Shown one piece after another: positions 31,414 to 47,099 of a stretch of DNA of 64,000 nt. The notes beneath the pieces are model-generated. The model did not search any database and had not been told where the DNA came from. It saw nothing but the letters and a program-made list of their open reading frames with translations. Made by a program: the position numbers and the translations under genes. Numbering within the stretch: the stretch's first letter is position 1; each line of letters starts with the position of its first letter. Source of the stretch: the human T2T-CHM13v2.0 reference genome, Homo sapiens; NCBI RefSeq assembly GCF_009914755.1, contig NC_060943.1; one strand, written 5' to 3'.

Positions 31414-34400
31414 TAAAAGTGCCCTTAGTTGTCATGGTTGGTTATTTTCAGGGCAAAAGCCTATATTCTCCTCCATTTTTGTACCATGGATGTGAGTGAA
31501 TCTGATCTCTGTTTCTGAGGAAATGCCAAGTACTGAATGAAGCAGATGATTACTAGGTCCTAGGTGAGAAGCCCTAGATAGTAAGGATTCATCTTCAGTT
31601 GAAACTTAAGAGCCCCTTAGAAGGTGATGTACCAGCAAGCCAGAAAAGCAAGCCAGAAAAGCTACAACATGGAAAACAGGCCTCCCCTCCCTCTCTCGGC
31701 ACCAGTTGACCTACTGAGAACAGAGCTTTTGCAGATGGTAGGCCCCCACCCCAAACTTTAACTGGGGCTCCCCGCTGTGATCTTATTCTTACCCAAGTAT
31801 GACTGCCAGATTTCATCTGCATTATTAAAAAAAAAAAAGCACACACACAGACACACAAGATCTTTTTATGTACTAGTTAAGTAGCAGTCAACCGAGTTTC
31901 TGGTAATAAGAATATTAGAATCAAAAGATTTAATTAGAGCTCCATGAAAAGGCGGATGCCACATCCGGAGAATTAAGGATAAAGTGTACTAAGCTGTGCC
32001 GCTTTGGTTCAGCTCACTTAAATTGATATACTTTAAATGTCTCCAGTGTGGCACATAATGTTTATGGGAGATAAGACATATTGGGGTGACTTTCCCTTTT
32101 AGATTTGCTAAGAATTAAAGTTAGAAACGACTACAGAGTGAAATGTTTTACCATAATGTTTCATTAAATTATACCCCAGAAAGCATAACTGATTCTAGAA
32201 TGCTTCTGAAAGAACTGATTTTGACACCACTGTAGCACCAAAATTCTCATGTCAAACAGATGTCATCCCTGTAAAACTCTCTGAAACAAAAGGAGTTTAT
32301 GATATAGCATCTGTTTTTGCAGTAGATGGCTGAGCTAAAACAGTTTTGTTTCCTTTTTACAAAATAGCCCTAAATGCCTCCTTTTATTTTAATTCATTAT
32401 GTTTCCATATCCCCTTTAAAGGAGACATTAAAACGTCTGATATGATTGGACCATAAATCCCTAATGAAAGGATGAAGTAAATACTACTCAGTAGCACCAC
32501 CTGCAGTTAATATCAGTGTTGGAAGATGTCTTTTTTAGCACCGTCCTAAAAAGCAAACATTTCAAACTGTCCAAATGAGTTAACATTAAAATTCACAATT
32601 TTAATAAAAAGATTAAAGTGTCAGCTCAAAATTAAAATAACCACTTCAGACTTTACAGTATTAATGAATGTTTACTAGATTTTATGTTGCAGCATCTTTT
32701 CTTTGTGGCTCATGCTTTTTTTTTAGGGTTACATGCATGGATTTTTAAATTGCCTGCCATGCCTCTTTTCCTCCACCTGGCTCCATTTGCTTTTTTCTCT
32801 CAGTACTGTAGCAGTTCAAATGGCTGCATACTTATACCTGGATGGGTACTTTATTAACTCAATATTAGATATTTTGAAATCTGGTTGTCAGGCCAAAGAA
32901 AAAATTTTTAGCTCACAAATAAGGTAATAATAATTCATGCTTTGTTAAAACTTCTTTACCTATTTAGTAAACTTGTTAAACAAGAAGAGAGATTTGTGCC
33001 TCTGTGATCCTCAGTCTCTGCCATTCAGATAGCACAGATACCTTAGGGCATGTTTCAGCTTAACATTTGCTTGGCCAAAAGGCATGGCCTGCCTGTCTTG
33101 AGCTAGATACTGTGTTAGGTGCTGGGAGTACAGTGAAAGGCATCACTGCCCTTCAGGAATCCAACTCAGTGAAGAAGACAGAACGAGGCTGATGGGTATG
33201 TCAGCAGATACCGCAGGAGCTCAAATAGAGCCGCAAGCAAAGCCCTTTCGTATGGTGTTACTCCATGAAACCTAATTAAATTGTTTTTTATTGGAAACCT
33301 ATAATTTGCCAAGCGCTGGGGATTCAGTCTAAACAAAACAAGCAGATCCTTATCCTCAGGGAATAGACAGCTTAGTGGCAGGGCAGAGATTTTACCCAGA
33401 CATGCAGGTAAAGTACAGACTTTGCTAAAGGAAAAATATAGGACTTACTAAACTATGCTGTGAGGTTCTAGCATTTCCAATTTGTAGATGAGAAAACTGA
33501 GACTTCAAGAGGCAAAATAATTTACCCATGATCATACTGGTAGAAAGTGGCAGAGCGAGGACTAAGCCCAAGTTTTTGAACTTTAAATCCAATATTCTTT
33601 CCATTGGAAACAGTTGCTTGAAGTAGCACAGGCTCTCATTCTGTGCTATATTAAGTTTTTCCATCTGTCAGTTTTATTAGTTGTCATTGATCTGTAATAT
33701 TTCTCACACAAAACCATTATCCAATATTTCACACTTCATTTTTTAGGGTTTTTTTAAAACTGTATTTGGAACAGTGCCATTTATAATCAAGTCCAAGTTT
33801 TTAACCTACCAATTAAGAGCAATACTTAGATTATAATTATGATTAGTGTGTATATTAACGTTATAGATTTATACCAGGAAATTAGGACATTTTGTTCTGC
33901 TTGGCAGTAGTTATTAGCAAAAGAAAATTTCAATTTTAGAAACCGTAAATTTAACTTAAGGATTTTCTTTGTTGAAATTTCAGTGTGGGTTTTCCTTTGT
34001 ATAATACCACGGATTTTACTTTTATGCGGTGTATACAGGTGTTCTACCTAAGCTTTCTTCCTGCCAAGAGACACACAGTTCTTCCTGCTCTGCCTTTTTC
34101 ATGAGCTTCCATGCTTGCTTTGTTTCTGAATATAAAGCAGAGTGTGAATAGCCTGTGGACTGTATGCTGACAGACAAGTACATGAAGCGTTGAATATCTT
34201 CAAGAAATCGTTTTATATGATCAAGTCACTCAACTCGTGTTGACATAAGCTTACCCCAACTTGAATTACTCAGCCCTGTTGTTGCAGAGTGAGTTTAGTA
34301 ACATGGCTACTTTTCGTTGGATCCATGTCTCCTGCGTTTCGGAGAGCTGCATATTCATGTCAGTCATAACCTTTGTCCCTGTAACCTGTCAGTTAACTAG

Positions 34401-34539
34401 AAAGAATTATACATTGCATAGCACTTAAAAATTTGCGGCCGCTTTTCCTTTCTTGTTGCGTTGGTAGCTGACGTTTAGTGGTAAACAAAGAAAATGCACT
34501 GGGTGAAAAGGCCTTAGGCTTTTTTTTTGTAGGGTGAGA

Positions 34540-34662
34540 GTGGGGGAGAGATCTCTTGCTCTGTTGCCCAGGCTGGTCTCCAGCTCCTGGCCTCCGGCAG
34601 TCCTCCCACCTCAGCCTCCCAGAGTACTAGGATTATGGGCATGAGCCACCACACCTAGCCAG
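34540..34662 (-). mobile_element. Alu monomer (FLAM-like)
   Basis: Antisense single Alu arm. Confidence 0.8.
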
Positions 34663-35114
34663 GCTTTTTATATTGAGTTGGTTATATATGCTTCATAGCC
34701 ACACTTTATAATATTGGAGTATAGTATTAAATTACAGCTTGTTGTCAAGTCAGTGTTTCTGTAAGACAGTATATCCAATATTGGTTAGAGTAACACCTAT
34801 TTGGTGATACAGATCAACAGGGTGTCTCTGATTAATTTAGCTCCTACATAGCCAGAAGCAAGTTCATTATGACTTAGAATATTGTACATGGTTATGCAGG
34901 AATCATCCCAACCTATCTGTGTTTATAGGTCAGATGATGTTCAGTTTATATCTGCTGATAGTGTATATGCAGGAAAACCTATAAAACCACTTCAGACTTG
35001 TTAAAACAGTGAGAAAGCCGTGATTGAAATATTAATACAACTGTGTGGTATAAATTTTCATTTACAATGGAATGTAAATGCTGTCATTTGAATCTTGTCA
35101 AAGCCTGCTACTAA

Positions 35115-35252
<138 letters not shown>

Positions 35253-35362
35253 TAAGTGTTATGATTCTAGAATTTTAATGTTTGTATTAAAATATTTTAT
35301 ATTAAAGAAATAAAATGAAATAAAAATGTATAGCACTTACTGAAACACAGGTTAAGAAGTAA

Positions 35363-35593
<231 letters not shown>

Positions 35594-36262
35594 TAAGATG
35601 TGAACTTTAAGCTTGAATCTTAGGACAGTAGGCATTTTGTCTAGTTGATACATAGGAAATTGTCTTTATCTGTCAATTTTATGTTTTCATTTCATATGGG
35701 TATAAATTTCATAGCAATTTTCAATGCCTTAGAGTTCATTTCAGTAATTTGGCAGTAAGGTACTCAGTATTCAGCAAAAGATCCTTAAAACTTAAAGGCA
35801 ATAAAATTTTCTATGAAAGAGTCCATTTTTCAAAATTAAGCTAGTATGTGTAGAATAAGTCATTTAATTTCGTTACTTGATTTTTCCCAAAAGCAAATTC
35901 AGATATATATTTCAGAAAATATAGGCATTCTCAGTGATAGTGCTAGGCAATGCGCATGAACTTTCACCCCCTTGTCAAAACTTAGCAGGTTTAACTCTCT
36001 CCCCAGATTCTGTAGATATGATACAAGTGAGTGTGGGAAAGTTATTGTATTAATCTCAATGAAAACCTGACAGATTGTGCCATAAAAGGTCATTGTTTAA
36101 TCCCAAAGTGTGGTGATCTGTGTATGGTTTCGAATATTTAATATGTGCTTAATTTGCAAACCAGCAGACTTACTTATAATCACTCTTCAGAAAGTACATC
36201 TGTTTGCAGAGTCTTAAAACTCTGTGGAAGGTGTTTGACCTTGCCTCAGTCCTCCTCAGTGT

Positions 36263-36567
36263 CTTCCTTCCTTCCTTCTTTCCTTCCTTCCTTCTTTTCT
36301 TCCTTCCTTCCTTTCCTTCCTTCCTTTCCTTCCTTTCCTTCCTTCCTTTCCTTTCTTCCTTTCCTTCCTTTCCTTTCCTTCCTTTCCTTTTCTTCCCTCC
36401 CTCCCTCTCTCCCTCCCTCCTTCCTTCCTTTCCTTCCTTCGTTTCCTTCCTTCCTTTCCTTTCTTCCTTTCCTTTCTTCCTTTCCTTCCTTCCTTTCCTT
36501 CCTTTCCTTTCCCTCCCCTCCCTCCCTCCCTCCCTCCTTCCTTCCTTCCTTCCTTCCTTTTTTTCTT
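36263..36567 (+). repeat. About 300-bp (CCTT/CCTTT)n polypyrimidine tract (expanded Alu tail)
   Basis: Near-pure C/T sequence abutting an antisense Alu. Confidence 0.95.
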
Positions 36568-36800
<233 letters not shown>

Positions 36801-38952
36801 TTACACCATGTCCAATCAGTCTATTTAATAGGTGGGACTGAGTATATTTACATTCGTGATTTATACTGGGAAATGTTTAGGAGAATGTGATGGAAACAGG
36901 GAACACTAGTTTACCTGATAGGAGGAGAAAGCTTTGCCTTTATATTTTTGGTATCCTTGAATTTAGACATACCGTGCCAGATTCATGTGATTTAAGTAAG
37001 AAGAAAATAACATTTCTCCGGGTCCAGAATTAGATTGTTCTTTCATTCATGGAGAAATATTTATTGAGCAAATATTATGCTTCAGGGGCCGTGCTAGATT
37101 CTTGGACTACAGTCATAACAAAACAGACGTCATCTTTGCTGTCATGGAACTTGTAGACAAACAATAAGCAAGTAAACCCTCAAATACTTAGGAAAAAGGT
37201 TAGCGATTCTAGTTCTGTTGAAGGTTTTACATCTGCTTTATTAGATCAGTCTTGCAGCTTAAAGATTCATTTTGATAGCTGTCAGTGTCTCAGGGATGTT
37301 TTCTTGTGTTCTTAAAATATTCACAGATTCATAGGATTCATTGCAGTTGTCCTAGGGTCTTCCTACCAACGGGCAACATCCCGTGAGCATCCTCTTTGTG
37401 TAACATCAGAGAACTCTCAGTCTGTTATTTTCCAAATTTATTCACACTCCACTTTGTCACTGGGTTTGGTGTGGTTATGCCTTAGATACAGTTTTGTCAT
37501 ATCTCCCTCTTTGTACTTATTATCAGTTTTTCCTCATAAGTCTTATTTTCTAATGTCATGGCTCTCCTTTTAACTTTCTTTAAATACTCACCATCCTTTG
37601 CCTTCATGGGATTTCTGGTCGCAGAGCATTACGGATTAACATGTTCTATTCCAGGATGTTTCTAGGACTTTCTCCTCGTTGTCCTATACTGTGTGCTTTA
37701 AGCGGAGCTGGTAGCGTAGCCTTTATAATGTCTGACTTAATTCAAGGATCACAGGAGTTTCTCTGGCTCATTTCATGTCTGCTTCATTCAGTTTCGTTGC
37801 CTGGTGCACTTATGGTCAGAGTTTGGGCTTGGTTTCTCAGAGTTCATGCCATATCCTATGCATTTCTGATTCCCTACATTTTGTTAAGAAACATGCTCAC
37901 AGGCAGCAGTAATGAGTTCTTAAAGAGCTACAAGGCCTTGTTGCACAACTTCTAAACTTTGCACAAGGGCACAAAAGATTTATTGTTTATTTTAGTGTGC
38001 CTATTACATAACAAGTTTTCTGTAGTGGTGAAACCTGTTCCTTTCTCGTGCTTTTGCTTTTTATGCTGTCATTCCAGTCCTTCAATGACCCCATCCTTGT
38101 GGTCTGGGCAGTACGGCTTCATGGATCCCTGGTTCTGGGGGCAGATAGTCCTGGGATTGAATCTGAGCTCTCCCACTTGTGAGATTTGTGATCTTGCGCA
38201 AACTGTTTCACCTCTCTGTGCTGCTTTTGTCGTTAATAGAATGAGGATATTAAGGTTGTGAGGGTGAAATAAAATACCTAAGGTACCAGCACATAATAAA
38301 CAGCCAGTAAGTGGTAGCTGGTAGTTACTGGGCCCAGCTTTTATCTTCTCAATAATTCATTATCTAACCAAAGAAAAGTACTAAAAGGCTGATGACCTCT
38401 AAACACTAGGGAAACAAAGAAGAATTAATTCTGTGCCAGGGTAGGCAGGCAGAGCTCATTTTACAAAAGAGATGCTGGGCCCAGGCAGAGTGCTGTCCCT
38501 GCTGAGGTCCCCATGCTATGTCTGGCTGCTCTGGAGTCACTCTAGTATCTTGGGAGCATCCCAGGCCTGGACCACACAGTTTCTGTGCCCCACTGGGGAC
38601 CTTGGGAATGTTATGCCATACTAAGCCTCTTTTCCCATACGAAACTCGGGAGAATACTTCCCCGCTCATAAGGCTTTGTGAAGATTAGGTGAGATTATAT
38701 TTATGAAGTACCCAGCATGTTACTTGGTGCATTGAAGGGGCTTGTTCCCATTTTCTGCTCATGAAGTTGTCAGATTATCTCAGAAGCCCTGTTCTTACCC
38801 AGAAAAAAAGAGAGCTGTTTTCCATTCCTGTGGAAGGACAGGGAAAGATTAAAATGACATCATTCTATCCCAGTGCCTACCAATGCAGCTATTAATAACT
38901 TTGTTCTTACTCTGTGTAAACCATACACCAATTATAGTTATACCTGACATTT

Positions 38953-40156
38953 CTTTTTTTTTCTTTTTTAAATTTTATTTTTCCATAAGTTGTTGAGGTA
39001 CAGGTGGTGTTTGGTTACATGAGTAAGTTCTTCAGTGGTAATTTGTGAGAACCTGGTGCATCCATCACCCGAGCAGTATACACAGCACCATATTTGTTGT
39101 CTTTTATCCCTCGCCCTCCTCCCACTCTTTCCCCCCAAGTCCCCAAAGCCATTTTATCATTCTTATGCCTTTGCGTCCTCATAGCTTAGCTCCCACGTAT
39201 CAGTGAGAACATACGATGTTTGGTTTTCCATTCCTGAGTTACTTCACTTAGAATAATAGTCTCTAATCTCATCCAGGTCACTGCAAATGCTGTTAATTCA
39301 TTCCTTTTTATGGCTGAGTAGTATTCAATCATATATATATATCTCCGAGTTCTTTATCCACTCGTTGATTGATGGGCATTTGGGTTGGTTCCACGATTTT
39401 GCTATTGTGAATTGTGCTGCTATAAACTTGCGCGTGCAAGCATCTTTTTCCAATAATGACTTCTTTTCCTGGGATTGCTGGATCAAATGGTAGTTCTACT
39501 TTTAGTTCTTTAAGGAATCTCTACACTGTTCCATAGTGGCTGTACTAGTTTGCATTCCCACCAACCGTGTAGAAGTGTTCCTTATCGCCACATCCACACC
39601 AACATCTACTGTTTATTGATTCTTTGATTATGGCCATTCTTACAGGAGTAAGGTGGTATCACACTGTGGTTTTGATTTGCATTTCCCTGATCATTAGTGA
39701 TGTTGCATTTGATTTGCATTTCCCTGATCGTTAATGATTTTTTCATATGTTTGTTGGCCATTTGCGTATCTTCTTTTGAGAATTGTCTATTTATGTCCTT
39801 AGCCCACTTTTTGATGGGATTGATTGTTTTTTTCCTACTGATTTGTTTGAGTTCATTGTAGATTCTGGATATTAGTCCTTTGTCAGATGTATAGATTGTG
39901 AAGATTTTCACCCACTCTGGGTTGTCTGTGTACTCTGCTGACTGTTCCTTTTGCTTTGCCAAAGCTCTTTAATTAGATACAGCTATTTATCTTTGTTTTT
40001 ATTGCAATTGCTTTTGGGGTTTTGGTCATGAAATCCTTGCCTACGCCAGTGTCTAGAAGGGTTTTTCCAATGTTATCTTCTAGAATTTTTGTAGTTTCAG
40101 GTCTTAGGTTTAAGTCCTTAATCCATCTTGAGTTGATTTTTGTATAAGGTGAGAGA
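38953..40156 (-). mobile_element. 5'-truncated L1PB (L1PB1-like), about 1.2 kb
   Basis: Poly-T, L1PB 3'UTR and ORF2 remnant (ORF 39606-39962); perfect 15-bp TSD ttatacctgacattt at 38938-38952 and 40157-40171. Confidence 0.92.
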
Positions 40157-40839
40157 TTATACCTGACATTTATAACATTGGCCCCAAAGTTTTACTGAAA
40201 AGTTCCACTCAAAATTTTTCATATTAGATGGTCCTTGGTTTAGTTCAATATTGCACTGCTGGACCTGCCCTGATTTACATCTCCCAGTACCACTTTTGTA
40301 GAGAACAAGATGGGAGAACAAAACATTGTCCTAAGAGTATCAGTTTCTTTTTAACCATAAGGCATGGAACCCATTTTCCCTTAGAAATACAACTGTACTG
40401 TGCTTAGGTTCTGAAACTGTACTGTGGCAGGGGGACAGCATGATGTCAAGGGAAGTACATGGGCTTTGGGCTCAAGTACTCCACACACTGCCCGGGACAT
40501 AGTAGGTGCTCGGTAAATGTTGACTGATAGTTGTCCATATCCCTCAGTTCTTCCCATCTATAAAATGGGTCTGATTCTATAAGCTTTTTGTGTAAGTTTA
40601 ATTTGTGCTTGAAAATAAATGTGTAGTGGTATTATTACGCCTTTTCTTCCTTAAGTAGAATAGCTGCCCAAATAATATAAGATGAATTTTTTTTAATACC
40701 CAGTCCAAAAATACCCATTTTCCCCTAATTGTTTCAAAACATACTTTTGGAGGTAGCTTTTTCATATTGAGAACCAAACAAGGTCCAGCCGCTCTATTAA
40801 GAGAGTATCTTAAGTCTCTCTCTCCCTCCCTCCCTCTAA

Positions 40840-42200
40840 ATTTTTTAAATAGATTTTATAATTGATGTTACCATGCCTCCTGAAAATTGCATAAATCATA
40901 AAGGTACAGCTGATGAATAATCACAAATTAAACTCATGCTTGTAACACAAACCATTATGAGCTCTTCAGCAGCACCCCTTCGTGGGCCTTCCAGTCATTA
41001 CCCACCCCTCCCCTCTGTCTGGTATCCACTATCTTGACTTCTAACATTATCAATTAGTGTTTTCTGTTTCTGAACTTAATAAAAATGGAATCATACAGTA
41101 CATATTCTACTTTATGTTCAGATTTTTTTGCTCAACGTGTGTGTATGTGTGTGTCTGTATAGTTCCACCTAGCAGAATTGCATTTCATTGTTACATAGTA
41201 TTCCACTGTTAAGACCACCGCAATTTATTCATTGTTCTGTGAATAGACATTTGAGTTATTGTAAGGTTTTCCTCCCTGATATGATCTGATACCATTTTAA
41301 CATTCTTTTACATGTTTTTGGGCACATATATGAAATGAGTCCATTTCCATTGGGTTTATACCTAGGGGTGGAATTTCTTGGTAATTGGACATGTATATGT
41401 ATTCAGCTTTGGTAGACAGTGTCAACAGTTTTCCAAAATGGTTGTACCTATTCACATCCTCACCAGCACTTTGTGTTGTCAGTCTTTAATCTTTATTGTT
41501 TTGGTAGATGTATAGCAGTGTATTACTGTGCTTTTGTTTGCATTTCCCTGATAATTTCTGAGTTTGAGCATCTTTTCATTTGTTTATGGGCTATTATTGC
41601 CCACTTCTTTTTTGCATTGTCTATTGTATTAGTTTGGCATTGTTATAAGGGAATACCTGAGGCTGGGTAATTTATAAAGAAGAGGTTTATTTGGCTTATG
41701 GTTCTGCAGGCTGTCCTCTGCTTCTGGTGAGGGTCTCAGGAGGCTTCCAGTCATGACAGAGGTGAAGCGGGAGCAGATATGTCACATTGTGAGACATGGA
41801 GCAAGAGAGAGGGGAGGAGGTACAGGCTCTTCTTAACAGTCAGATCTTGCAGTAACAGACAGAGAACTCATTATTCATGAATGGCTACACCAAGCCATTC
41901 GTAAGGGATCCATCCCCATGACCCAGTCGCCTCTGCCCAGGCTTTACCTCCAACATTGGGGATCAAATTTCGACATGAGATTTGAAAGGACAAATATCCA
42001 AACTGTATCATCGGCTGTTTTCTTACTGATTTGCAGGAGCTCTTCATGTATTCTGAGTACAAGGCCTTTGTGGGGCGTATTGCAGATGTCATCTAACTGT
42101 GGCTTGCCTTTCTACTTTCTTAATGATGTCTTTTGATGAACAGACATTTCCAGTTTAATATAGTCAAATGTATTAATCTTTTTCTTTGTGTTTAGGACTT
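40840..42200 (-). mobile_element. Old L1ME-like fragment interrupted by an MST LTR (about 41625-42010)
   Basis: Antisense L1 3' phrases on both sides of tgtattagtttggcattgttataagggaatacctgaggctggg...caaactgtatca. Confidence 0.7.
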
Positions 42201-42759
42201 TTGTGTTCTTATATTCTGAAACTAGTTTTGATTTTTTGAAATAGTCTGTTGAGTAAGGTAGACGATGATACAGAAATAAAAATGTGTGCTGATTTTCAGG
42301 GATGGCACATCAACTATGCGTGCTTAGGTATTACTGAGCCTCATTTACTAATATGGCACTAAAGCTAAAAAAATCTAAACAGAAAACATTCCAGAAAGGC
42401 TTTCAGCAGGGGGAATGACAGTTTGGAATGGAAATGATAAGGTTGTCTCTCAGTGTAGTCAGTTATTGTATGGGATTTGTATAAATAGAAGTATATTAGA
42501 AATGATGATAATAGCTGATATTTTTGAGAAGATTGTTTGTGGGCCAGACCCGGTGTGCTAAGCATTCAATACGTGTCAGTTCAGTCCTCACAGCAGCCCA
42601 GTACTTAGGAATATTACTACCCCAATTTTGTAGACATGGAAACAGAGGCTGGGCTAGCTTAAATAACTTTCCCCATGTCTCAGAGCCGGGGCCTGAACTC
42701 TTGCTCCTAATAACTGTGTCATCCTGCCTGTCTGTGCTACACCAGGGAGATCTCTTTAT

Positions 42760-43170
42760 GAAGTGTACTGCTGCTGCATGCCAGCAGCCCACACCAAATC
42801 AGGGTGTGAAACAGAAGCAATTTCATTATGCTCAGGGATTCTGTGGGTCGGTCAGGAATTTGGAAAGGACGCAGTAGAGATGGCTTGTCCCATACAGTCT
42901 GGGGTCTCATCAGGGAAGGCTTGAAGGCTGGAAGTGACCCAGACAGCTAGGGTGACAGTCCTCTGAATGCTGCCTCAGCATAGGCTGGTGGCTGTGCTGG
43001 CTGTTGGTTGGGCATCAGCTGGAACACATACATGATTTCTCCTTGTGGACTTTGCAGGTCTGCTAGTCCCCAAAATGAGCTTCTTAGATAAGAAGTAGGC
43101 AAAAGCTGTGTTGCCTTTTATGACCTAACCTTGGCAGTCACAGCCCATCACTTCCACCAGAGTTACAGGC
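42760..43170 (-). mobile_element. MLT1-family MaLR LTR
   Basis: gattctgtgggtcggtcaggaatttgg...ttttatgacctaaccttggcagtcacagcccatcacttcc. Confidence 0.65.
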
Positions 43171-44259
43171 TTCAGTCTTTTTTCATCTGTAGGCATCGTG
43201 ATTCTTTAGTCAATGTGTTGGCTTAGGGAAAAACTTAAGTCTTTAGAAAGCTTCAATTTGTTTAAGGAAAATAGTGAAGGAGATAGTTTTATCAGGAGGA
43301 AAAAATATATATTTTGTTTTGAAGAGATGAACTGAAAGAGTTTGTTTTTCTCAGTGGCATAAAGATCTCTCAGGTTCATCACAAAATTTGAAGTGGCTGT
43401 TTTGTGGGGGCCTTAGTTATTTCTTTAAAAGCATAGAAAATGAATTGAAGGTCATAAGATAAGCTCTATTGCAAAATTTCTATTGAAATCGTTGTTTATG
43501 TGTTCAAACCAGACTCAGGTCACCCCAAATCTTGTAGGACATCCATCTGCTTTTTTCCATCTAAGCCCTCAAGGCAGTTGACCTGGAAACTAACCTTGGT
43601 CCCAGGCCAGGAAAGTGGGGGGTTTTAAACCAACATCCTTATCTCCTTGGGGTTCTGAGACCGAAGTAACTGACTTAGTAACAGTTGGAGAGTCTGTAGA
43701 AAAATTCAGTCTCAGGCTTTTTAGCCAAGTTATAAGAAGCCTTGGGTTTCTACATTGGCTTTCTTTGGGTTGCCAAAGTAGCTTCTTTGCATTGGGAAGA
43801 AATCATTTTTTATACAGATACAGGTTGGGTGTTATTGGTTAACATAGAAATTGTGCTGCTTTGGACATTCCAAAGCCTGGATCTAGCAATGGCCATATTT
43901 ACAGGCCACTCTAGGAGTCCAGCAATCACACTGTTAGGGTGTTCACTTCTTTCCCCATGTCATGTGTATGACTTTGCCTTGGTAGACTTGAATAATTGAG
44001 TCCCAAATGGCTCTGTCATCAGGAGCATCCAGCAGTTCCACCAAGGAAGCAAAGCAGAATCGTGACAGGTGGTGTCATGATCAGTGTGCTCTTTTGTCAT
44101 GTGGTTTCGTTTTGGTTTAAGACTTTTTTTGGCCAATGGATGGGTTGGGATAGGAAGGAGCAGTTTACCCTACGTGGAAATATGATTGTTGCTGGTCTGT
44201 TGGTGAGGTGGTTAGAAATGATTTGTTAGACATAGCCTCTGTTTCAAAACATACTTTCT

Positions 44260-45750
44260 TTTTTTTTTGTTTTGTTTTTTAATACATGTTATTGTATATA
44301 TTGGAGGTTAACAATATGATGTATAAGATGTAGATAGTAAAATGGTTACTATAGTGAAGCAAATCAGCATATCTATCATCTTACGTACTTTTTTGTGGCA
44401 AAAGCAGTTAAAATCTACTTATTTAACAAAAATTCCTAATACAGCACATTTTGATTACAGTCCTCATGCTGTGTATTAGGTCTCTAGACAAGTTCATCCT
44501 ATATACCTGCTGCTTTGTATGCCGGAATCTTCTCTCCCTCCCCACCCCCAGCCCCTGGTAACCACTCCTTCCTTCTCTGTGTGTGTGTGTATTGGATTTT
44601 TAAGTAAGATTGAACAATATTTGTCTTTCTGTGTCTGGCTTGTTAGCATGAGGCCTCCAGGGCCATCCATGTTGTGGCAAAAGGCAGGCTCTCCCTTTTT
44701 AAGGCGGAATGATTGAGTATGTGTGTGTGCGTGCATACGTGTGTGCGCACGCGCGTGCACGTCACGTTTTCTTTATCCGTTTGTCCGTCAGTGGACACTT
44801 AGGTTGTTTCCATACCTTGGTTTTTGTGAGGAATGCTGCACTGAACATGGAAAGGCAGATACCTGGTGAGGTGGCGATCTCATCTCCTACACAGAAGAGG
44901 GATTTCTGGGTCGTGTGGTAGTTCTGTTTTTAATTTCTTTAGGAACCTCCATACTATTTTTCATGGCCGTACCAATCTACATTGTCACCAACAGTGTAGT
45001 AGGATTTCCTTTTCCCTACACCTTTGCCAACATTTATTCTCTCTTTTGTCTTTGATAATAGTCATCCTAACAGGTTATCATTTCCTAGTGGTTTTAATTT
45101 GTGTTTCCCTGATGATTAGTGATGTTGAGCACGTTTTCATATCACTGTTGCAGTTTTTATGTCTTTGGAGAAATATCTGTTCAGGTCCTTTGCCCATTTT
45201 TTAATCGAGTTATTTGTCCTTCTGCTATTGAGTTATAAGTGTTCTTTATAAATTTTGGATATTAACCCCTTATCGGATATGTGGTTTGCAGATATTTTTT
45301 TTGCAGTCTTTAGGTTACTCTTTCATTTTGTTGATTGTTTTCTTTGCTGTGCAGAAGTTTTTTGGTTTGATGTTGTCCCATTTATTTATTTGTGCTTTTG
45401 TAGCCTGAGCTTTTGGTATCATAACCAAAAAATCATTGCCACTGCAGCGAGATTTTTCCTTGTATTCTCTTCTAGGAATTTGATGGTTTCTGATATTCCA
45501 TTCAGCTATTTTACCCATTTTGAGTTGATTGCTGTGGATGATGTAAGATATGGGTCCAGTTTAATCCTTTTGCATGTGGATATCCAGTATTCCCAGCACC
45601 ATTTATTGAAGAGACTGTTCTTTCTCCATTATGTCCTCTTGGTGCCCTTGTCAAATATTCATTGACTGTGTATTTTTAGATTTATTTCTGGGCCATTTAT
45701 TCTGTTCCATGGATCTGCACTTCTGTTTTTATGCCCTTACCATACTGTCA
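44260..45750 (-). mobile_element. L1MA-like 3' fragment (about 1.5 kb)
   Basis: L1MA 3'UTR plus ORF2 remnant (ORF 45315-45518 ...[24 protein letters not shown]). Confidence 0.85.
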
Positions 45751-45825
45751 AAACATATTTTCTATCATTTCTCCTTTTTCTGGGTACTACATGTACAGAT
45801 CAGAGCCTTAAAAATGGCTGTGCCC

Positions 45826-46572
<747 letters not shown>

Positions 46573-47099
46573 ATTCTTTATTATTCTTAAGGAGTCTTGC
46601 GGGGGAAATGAACTCTATCCTAAAAAATAATCTGCAGTGCATTTATATTGATGTGCAAGATAATTTGTTATAGCATTGTTTATAATGTCAAAAAGATCAA
46701 AAACATTCTAGCTCTATGCTACTTAGTAGAGTGTATTTTCATAGGATGGAACATTATACCCCATTGAAAATGCATAATTTTTAACTTGAGAAAATACTCA
46801 TGGAACATTGTCAAAAGTAGGATTAAAAATCTATAGTATGATTCTACTTTTGCTTCAGATCTACATATGTACATTAAAAAAGACCAGGAAGCTATGCAAG
46901 TAATTTTTTAGAATTTGTCTTTATACTTGCCTATATTCCATTTTTGTGCAAGGAATATAGATTATATAATCAGAAAAGGGTTTAAATAAAGAGAGAGCGT
47001 TTGCTGACCAGTTGAGTGGACAGGAATTGGCTCAGTAATTTAAACTAACAATCCATAAGCAAGGGGCTCTGATAGCATGGCAAACCAGATCACCCACAA

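Noticed and set aside
39606-39962. 118-aa ORF similar to L1 ORF2p
   Set aside because: Fragment of a 5'-truncated, frameshifted L1PB; not a functional gene.
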